This document shows, piece after piece, positions 57,804 through 64,000 of a stretch of DNA of 64,000 nucleotides. The notes beneath the pieces are model-generated. The model saw nothing but the letters and a program-made list of their open reading frames with translations, was not told the DNA's origin and searched no databases. Origin of the DNA: an uncultured candidate division Zixibacteria bacterium (GTDB taxonomy: Bacteria > Zixibacteria > MSB-5A5 > UBA10806); NCBI GenBank assembly GCA_963817915.1, contig CAWFQL010000011.1:192001-256000 (forward strand). The letters are read 5' to 3'. How positions within the stretch are numbered: position 1 is the stretch's first letter; each line of letters opens with the position of its first letter. Made by a program: the position numbers and the translations under genes.

Positions 57804-59198
57804 ATGTACGGTCCAAATGTAGGGCTTGAAATCGGCAGAAGGGCTCTCATGGCCCAGCAATTAGCGCTCAATCTTACCGGCCACAATATTGCCAATGTAA
57901 ACACACCGGGCTTTTCAAGACAGCAGGCCGTAATGAGCAGCAATCTGCCGTTGGCCATGCCTTTTGGTGTGGTTGGCACCGGCGTGGATGTTACCGAGAT
58001 CAGGCGGCTCAGGTCTGTTTTCCTCGATCAGCAATTCAGAAATGAATCTCAGAAACTCGGCCAATGGGATAAACTCGATGAAACCTGGAAACAGGTCGAA
58101 GCTGTCTATTCCGAGCCGGAGGATACTGGATTATCCGCGATGCTTGATCAATTCTGGAATTCCTGGCAGGCCCTTTCCAATAACCCTGAAAGCCAGGCCG
58201 CCAGAGTATCCGTGCGGGAGCAGGCATCATTATTGTCGAATTCATTTAAGCATTTGTCAGGACAGCTCAACGACCTTCGCAATTCGCTCGATAGCGACAT
58301 TTCCAAGATGGTCGAGCAGATTAATAGTGTCGCGACTCAGATTGCCGATCTCAATCATTTGATTTCGGTTGCCGAGCTTTCCGGAGGAAAAGCAAATGAT
58401 CTCAGAGATCAACGAGACTATTTGGTTGATACTTTGTCTCAATGGGTGAAGGCTGGAGTTGTTGAACAGCGCGATGGTTCTTACACAGTATTTATAGGAT
58501 CGATGGCGCTTGTTGACGGTACTAACAGCTTAACTCTCGGTACTGAAGTCCAATCAAACGGAGCTACTACCACGCATAGAGTCTTTTTCGAGGGTACCGG
58601 TGTCGATATCAGTAATCCCGGAGGACAATTTCAGGGATTAATAGAATCGAGAGACACGGTATTGGTAAAAAGAATGAATGATCTCGATCAACTTGCCAGC
58701 GAACTGGCACGAAGCGTTAATGATGTCCATCGCACTGGTTTTGGCGCCGATGGCTCCACCAATATGAATTTCTTTAAGCCAGATATTACGGGGGCGGCGG
58801 ATTTTGAAATCGATCCCCTTATAGAAGACAATGTCAATCTCATTGCGGCAAGCTCTAATGGTGAAATTGGTGATAATTCCAATGCCCTGAATATCGCAGC
58901 CCTTCGAAATGAATTGAAATTTCAAGGTGGAAGATCGACATTCAACGGGTTTTACGACGCCATGGTAGGCGAAATTGGTATAGGTTCATCGGAATCGAAT
59001 AATATGAAAGCTAATCAACAGGCGATGGTTTCCCAAATTTCCAATTCCAGGCAATCGCTAAGCGGTGTCTCATTGGACGAGGAAATGGCCAATATGCTTC
59101 AGTATCAGCATTCCTATGAAGCGGCGGCCAGGGTAATCACCGCAATGGACAGCGCGCTTGATACTGTAATTAATGGTATGGGCCTTGTTGGCAGGTAA
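57804..59198 (+). CDS. flgK: Hook-associated protein FlgK
   Basis: [35 protein letters not shown]...QHSYEAAAR. Confidence 0.96.
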   Translation: MYGPNVGLEIGRRALMAQQLALNLTGHNIANVNTPGFSRQQAVMSSNLPLAMPFGVVGTGVDVTEIRRLRSVFLDQQFRNESQKLGQWDKLDETWKQVEAVYSEPEDTGLSAMLDQFWNSWQALSNNPESQAARVSVREQASLLSNSFKHLSGQLNDLRNSLDSDISKMVEQINSVATQIADLNHLISVAELSGGKANDLRDQRDYLVDTLSQWVKAGVVEQRDGSYTVFIGSMALVDGTNSLTLGTEVQSNGATTTHRVFFEGTGVDISNPGGQFQGLIESRDTVLVKRMNDLDQLASELARSVNDVHRTGFGADGSTNMNFFKPDITGAADFEIDPLIEDNVNLIAASSNGEIGDNSNALNIAALRNELKFQGGRSTFNGFYDAMVGEIGIGSSESNNMKANQQAMVSQISNSRQSLSGVSLDEEMANMLQYQHSYEAAARVITAMDSALDTVINGMGLVGR

Positions 59199-59224
59199 AC
59201 GTAGTAAATCGAATTGAGATTGTA

Positions 59225-59470
59225 ATGCTAATTTTGACGAGAAAGCCCGGAGAGACGATTGCGATCGGTGAAGATATAAAAATCACGGTCCTCGGCATTC
59301 AGGGCAAGCAGGTAAAAATCGGTATCGCAGCTCCTGAGAATGTCAGCGTGTTTCGCGAAGAGATATTCAAAAAGATTCACGATGAAAATGTCAAAGCCTC
59401 GCTTTCTCTCAAAGAAGACCTTCAGACGCTCGCCAAGATTATCAAGACCGGAAAAGGGAAAAAACGGTAA
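59225..59470 (+). CDS. csrA: Translational regulator CsrA
   Basis: [27 protein letters not shown]; extended C-terminus. Confidence 0.95.
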   Translation: MLILTRKPGETIAIGEDIKITVLGIQGKQVKIGIAAPENVSVFREEIFKKIHDENVKASLSLKEDLQTLAKIIKTGKGKKR

Positions 59471-59678
59471 AATGCCTGCAATTAATGCCGAAAATATTAA
59501 TGGCTATCAGATAAATAAAACCACAGCGATGGATTTTCCTCGTTATTGGCAGAATTTTACCGGAAAGACTAAATGGAATTATTCCAACTGTATAATGATA
59601 TTTTGCAGCAATGTGGTACGCCCAACAAAAATTAAATGGCCGTCCGGCCCCAAGTTTATTGAGACAAGGAGTTAGGCT

Positions 59679-61592
59679 GTGAGAGTTACCAATGGCATGC
59701 TCCTGAATACTATTTTAAGGAATTTATCCTTATCGCAGGAGAGATTTTTAAATCTTCAAAGCATTAGTAGTTCAGGCAGGCGTATTAATCGGCCATCGGA
59801 CGATCCTATTGGAATTACGAAGGATCTTGGATTCCGATCAACATTAACAGGGATCGGACAGTTCAGAAAAAATATCGATCAGTCCAAATCATGGCTGACA
59901 TACGCCGACCAATCCTTGGGAAATATAAATGAATTAATAATTTCGGCCAAGGACCTCGCTGTCCAGATGGGCAATGATACTTATGATGAAAATGCGCGCA
60001 GAACATCGGCATCCCAGGCCAACCAGATATTCGAGCAGATTCTCGCCGCCGCGAATTCGACATTTGAGGGAAATTTCATTTTTTCAGGTACCAAGACCAA
60101 TATCAAGCCATTCCTGGCCAATGCCGTCGGTATAGAATATCAGGGCGACTACTCAAAGATCTATTTGGAGACCGAGCCGTCATCATATCTTGATATCAAT
60201 ACTGTCGGCGCGAATTTCCTCACCAATCCTGTCAGAACTCTTGGCGACGGATCAGACCTGAATCCGGGCCTACAGCCGGATTTATGGCTCGATTACCTTC
60301 ATCAGGGCGCCGGGGTTGATCTCGGAGCGGGCATTTTTAGAATCAGAACACTGAATGGTGAATATAATGTTGATGTATCCGCCGCAAGGAATGTCCAGGA
60401 TGTACTTACGGCAATAAACGGCTTAGGAATTCCGAATCTGACAGCATCGATAAGTCCTGCCGGCAATAGCCTTATGATGAACGACACCACAGTTCACCAT
60501 ATGACTGCCACTACGCCATTAGGCATTTTGAATGGCGGTTTGGGAGTCGATCAGGCGCCCGGACTGATAAATTTCACGACCGGGGCAACTACAGTAAGTG
60601 TCGATATTTCCGCAGCCACCAATGTTGGTGATGTAATCACGGCAATTAACACTCAGCTCGCCGCGGGCGGTATCAATAATGTCACTGCTTCAATCGATAT
60701 CGAAAAAAATGCGCTTGTCATCACCGATTCGAATGTAGCTCCGCTAAATATCACAATTTCGGAAGGCGCTCCATCCGGCCATACCGCTACTGATCTCGGC
60801 ATTATCGGCGAAGTGGTCGGATCATTATCGGGGCAGGAGCTTAATCCCTACCATATTCAGGTGATCGAAGACGCTCCCGGGCAAAAAACCGCCGAATCCC
60901 TTGGACTTCTCGAAGCAACCAACTTCGAAGCGTTGGATGGGAAAGACCTCAATCCGGAATTGGCATACTTTACCAAATTATCGTCTCTGAATAGCAACGC
61001 GGGCTATCCGCTGGGAAAAATCAGGATAGTCAATGGACACGATTACCAGGATGTAGATCTTAGTCCTCTTTCTGCCGATCCCAATGCGACGATAATGGAC
61101 CTTATTAAAATGATTAATTCGTCGGGCGTGGAAGTTGAGGCAAGGGTCAATAACCAGCATACCGGTATCCAGGTGTTCTCGAAAGTAGAGGGACGATCAT
61201 TAATGATTACCGAGGCCGATACTGGGAGAACCGCCAAAGATTTGGGTATTTTCGGCTCTCCAGACTTACTGGGCAATTTAATGATCCTGCACAGCTCGCT
61301 CGAACGAAATAATACTGAAGAAATTAATCTTGCGATTGAAACATTCGATGGCGCCCAAAACAAGGTACTTATAGACCTGGCCGATGTTGGCGCCCGTGTT
61401 AATAGAGCCGATTCGGCTTCAAGTCGATTTTTATCGTTTGAATATCAGGTTACCAGTCAATTGTCTAACATAGAAGACGCCGATATGACCAAAGTAGTCA
61501 CCGAGCTTGCGTCGGCCCAGGTAGTATATCAGGCGGCATTGGCCTCAGCGGCCCAGATGCTTCAACCGTCATTACTTCAATTTTTACAATAA
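59679..61592 (+). CDS. flgL: Hook-associated protein FlgL (long, with internal repeats)
   Basis: MRVT, SSGRRINRPSDDP, FIFSG.KT, EDADM, YQAAL..A...QPSLLQFL. Confidence 0.93.
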   Translation: MRVTNGMLLNTILRNLSLSQERFLNLQSISSSGRRINRPSDDPIGITKDLGFRSTLTGIGQFRKNIDQSKSWLTYADQSLGNINELIISAKDLAVQMGNDTYDENARRTSASQANQIFEQILAAANSTFEGNFIFSGTKTNIKPFLANAVGIEYQGDYSKIYLETEPSSYLDINTVGANFLTNPVRTLGDGSDLNPGLQPDLWLDYLHQGAGVDLGAGIFRIRTLNGEYNVDVSAARNVQDVLTAINGLGIPNLTASISPAGNSLMMNDTTVHHMTATTPLGILNGGLGVDQAPGLINFTTGATTVSVDISAATNVGDVITAINTQLAAGGINNVTASIDIEKNALVITDSNVAPLNITISEGAPSGHTATDLGIIGEVVGSLSGQELNPYHIQVIEDAPGQKTAESLGLLEATNFEALDGKDLNPELAYFTKLSSLNSNAGYPLGKIRIVNGHDYQDVDLSPLSADPNATIMDLIKMINSSGVEVEARVNNQHTGIQVFSKVEGRSLMITEADTGRTAKDLGIFGSPDLLGNLMILHSSLERNNTEEINLAIETFDGAQNKVLIDLADVGARVNRADSASSRFLSFEYQVTSQLSNIEDADMTKVVTELASAQVVYQAALASAAQMLQPSLLQFLQ

Positions 61593-61601
61593 GGGGGAAA
61601 T

Positions 61602-62060
61602 GTGGTCTTAGAATCAACTCGATTTGGAACTATCACTTACAAAAAATCGGAAATTATCACAATGGTCAGGGGACTTTTGGGTTTCGATCAGTACAAGGAA
61701 TTTATTGTGGTTTCAATTAACGGCCAGGAGCCATTCAAATGGCTGCAATCATTGGAAGAACCGAATCTTGCATTTCTCATGATCGATCCGATGTCATTTA
61801 ATCCTGATTATATGGTAGAAGTAAATCCGCGCGATATAGAGATGCTCGGCGCCAAGAACCCGGAAGAAATAGCGATATTCGTGTTGGTCACTATTCCCAA
61901 CGGCCAGCCTGATAAGATGTCCGCCAATCTCCAGGGCCCGATCATTATCAATAGCAAAAACATGAATGGCGCTCAATTAGTCTTGAGCGACAGCGGATAC
62001 AATACGAGGCATTCAATATTCAAAAATATTGAAAAGACTTTGGAAGCAGTCACGGCCTGA
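61602..62060 (+). CDS. fliW: CsrA antagonist / flagellin assembly factor FliW
   Basis: STRFG, GLLGF, WLQSLE..LAF..DP, ANLQGPIIIN. Confidence 0.93.
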   Translation: MVLESTRFGTITYKKSEIITMVRGLLGFDQYKEFIVVSINGQEPFKWLQSLEEPNLAFLMIDPMSFNPDYMVEVNPRDIEMLGAKNPEEIAIFVLVTIPNGQPDKMSANLQGPIIINSKNMNGAQLVLSDSGYNTRHSIFKNIEKTLEAVTA

Positions 62061-62198
62061 TTTTCCTGAGGCCAGATTTCGTTTAGCGCAGGGTCATATC
62101 GATCCTAATGCCGGCAAAATGATTATGCTCCGGCGACAAATGATAGAAAAAAGAATAGAATTTCACATCGTAAAGATTAATTCAAGTGAGGCCTGCTA

Positions 62199-63893
62199 AT
62201 GCCGCAAATTTTAGATTCTAAGAGATCAGATACAGAGACGAGAAAAAGCCTTGCCCGCCTGCTGGAACTCGGTGAAGACGATAAAGCAGAAGTCCTTCTA
62301 AAAGAACTGCTGATTGATTCACCCGACGATGTCAGCCTTCTGAACGCAAGGGGTTCGATATTCGCCAAGAAGGGCGATCTTGATAATGCCGAGAACTTAT
62401 TTCTGCAGGCAATAAAATTGGACGGAAGCCATGCGGATTGCCATTACAATCTCGGACTATTGCACAGCCGCCAGGGACGAATTCCAGAGGCGATAGATGA
62501 TTTCTTGAAGGCTATCGAAATAAACCCCTACGATTGGGCCGCCCAGAATGACCTCGGCGTGATGTACCACAATCAGGGCAAAACACTATTGGCCAAGGGC
62601 CATTTCATTAAATCACTTGAGGCTAATCCGCTATTCAAATTTGCTTTAATAAATCTTTTCGAAATTTGCTGGGATTACGGTTCTTATTCCGAGGCGTTGT
62701 TCTGGATCGAAAAATATCTCCAGAATGTGCCAAAGGACGAAAAAGAAAATATCTCTATGAATACGTCGGAACAATCTAATGCTGTGAAGTCGGATAATAA
62801 CCCAAAGGTTGAACCCGTCATTCACCACGATACTCAGACGAAGGGATCGCTCAAGATAAAAAGAAAATCAACATCGAAAGCCGATGAGATTTTCAATAAG
62901 CATGTCCCGGCAGAACTTCAAGAAAAAAAGACCGGAATGAATATCGCGGTGGTTGCCGATTTCAATATCGCCGGCCAGTTGTCTTTGCTTTTTAGAATGA
63001 TCAATCGCTATACGGTTCATAAGGCGAGAATGGTCATTTTGCAGGGAGATTATCTTTCCTATGACAAAGATATAATTCTATCAGAAAACAAACCTGAATT
63101 GCTAAGTGAAGCATACGAAATAATCAAGAATGCCGATTTCTTTCATATTGGCAGATTCCCGGTGAATTTCGGCGATATTGATTGGAATAAAATACTCCGC
63201 CCCGATAATTCTATTTTACAGTATTACGGCTCCGAAATCAGGCAGAACGCCAGACAGATTTACGAATGGCATAAAAATAAGAAGATCGCCGGTATATCAG
63301 CCTGGGATTACACCATGCTTGAGAACGCGCCACTTTTCTACCATGTCAATATCATGTGCGATATGGCGAAAATCAGGCCATGCAAGCCGCCCAAGGATGT
63401 TGTCAGAATATGTCATCCGCCTACCAATCGGGCATTTAAGAAAACAGATTATTTCCTATCCGTAATGGAGAATCTCAAAAAGAAATATCCGGTCGAAGTT
63501 GAACTGATCGAAAAGAAATCCAATGACGAATGTCTGGAAATCAAGAGCCGATGCCATATCACATTCGATCAAATCTCGGTTGGGATATACGGACTTTCAG
63601 CGATCGAATCTATGGCAACCGGCCATGCAGTGCTTTGCGGTATGTCTAATTTCGCGTCAAGCTACCATCCGGATAATCCCATTGTTTACGTGGACGAGAA
63701 AAACTTAAGCAGTAAAATTGAATATCTTTTGAATAATAAAGAAAAGATCACATCGATCGGTAATGCCGGCAGAATATGGGCTCGTCAAAATCATGACCCG
63801 CATAAAATTATTCGCCAGTACCTCTGGATGTATGATTTGGTTAAGAATGGTCACAGGCTTGTTTCTGAGCCCGACGCCTATATTCTTAAATAG
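62199..63893 (+). CDS. TPR-repeat protein with C-terminal GT-B-like glycosyltransferase domain
   Basis: TPRs (YNLGLLH, NDLGVMY); HPPTNRAFKKT, DQI..YGLSAIESMA. Confidence 0.75.
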   Translation: MPQILDSKRSDTETRKSLARLLELGEDDKAEVLLKELLIDSPDDVSLLNARGSIFAKKGDLDNAENLFLQAIKLDGSHADCHYNLGLLHSRQGRIPEAIDDFLKAIEINPYDWAAQNDLGVMYHNQGKTLLAKGHFIKSLEANPLFKFALINLFEICWDYGSYSEALFWIEKYLQNVPKDEKENISMNTSEQSNAVKSDNNPKVEPVIHHDTQTKGSLKIKRKSTSKADEIFNKHVPAELQEKKTGMNIAVVADFNIAGQLSLLFRMINRYTVHKARMVILQGDYLSYDKDIILSENKPELLSEAYEIIKNADFFHIGRFPVNFGDIDWNKILRPDNSILQYYGSEIRQNARQIYEWHKNKKIAGISAWDYTMLENAPLFYHVNIMCDMAKIRPCKPPKDVVRICHPPTNRAFKKTDYFLSVMENLKKKYPVEVELIEKKSNDECLEIKSRCHITFDQISVGIYGLSAIESMATGHAVLCGMSNFASSYHPDNPIVYVDEKNLSSKIEYLLNNKEKITSIGNAGRIWARQNHDPHKIIRQYLWMYDLVKNGHRLVSEPDAYILK

Positions 63894-63901
63894 GAGGAAT
63901 T

Positions 63902-64000
63902 TTGAGTATCATAGGTAAAAGGATTTTTATATCGGGTGGAGCCGGTTTTATCGGATCAGCCCTGACTTCCCGTCTCATAGACAAAAACGATGTCGTTATA
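63902..64000 (+). CDS. NAD-dependent epimerase/dehydratase, 5' part (runs off the window)
   Basis: SD AGGAGG, TTG start, IFISGGAGFIGS Rossmann motif; not in the supplied ORF track. Confidence 0.8.
   Translation, partial: MSIIGKRIFISGGAGFIGSALTSRLIDKNDVVI

Noticed and set aside
59679..61592. Flagellin (fliC)
   Set aside because: The termini (PSDDP, FSG, YQAAL, SLLQFL) and position match FlgL

Overview
Bacterial chromosome segment. C-terminal dockerin-I-like tags on secreted proteases suggest candidate phylum Zixibacteria or a related FCB lineage (inference only). 1-5.7 kb holds housekeeping genes (CDF transporter, GlmU-like nucleotidyltransferase, GalT-like, glgA), a dense cluster of REP-like palindromes and a tRNA-Gly/Cys/Leu cluster. 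From 5.8 kb to the end is a ~58 kb flagellar supercluster: an RsbU/W/V partner switch, a PAS kinase with a sigma54 activator, motAB, flgBC-fliEFGHIJ, motE-like/fliK/flgD/TIGR02530-like/flgE/flbD/fliLMNOPQ, fliR-flhBAFG-fliA, a signalling island with degenerate kinases, flgFGAHIJ, flgNK-csrA-flgL-fliW and the start of a glycosylation locus. Two large dockerin-tagged proteases (M6 and S8) interrupt it on the opposite strand. Four sigma54 promoters each carry a tandem 21-bp-spaced palindrome pair upstream, and there are at least three sigma28 promoters. I recognised no flagellin, fliD, flgM or core che genes in the window. Four genes carry small indels that are most likely assembly errors. Best leads: (1) a structured RNA between a TIGR02530-like putative RNA-acting protein and flgE, with a second hairpin closing flgE; (2) a chemotaxis-free signalling island built from pseudo-kinases, lone receivers and an MCP-tip fragment; (3) a de novo sigma54 enhancer motif.
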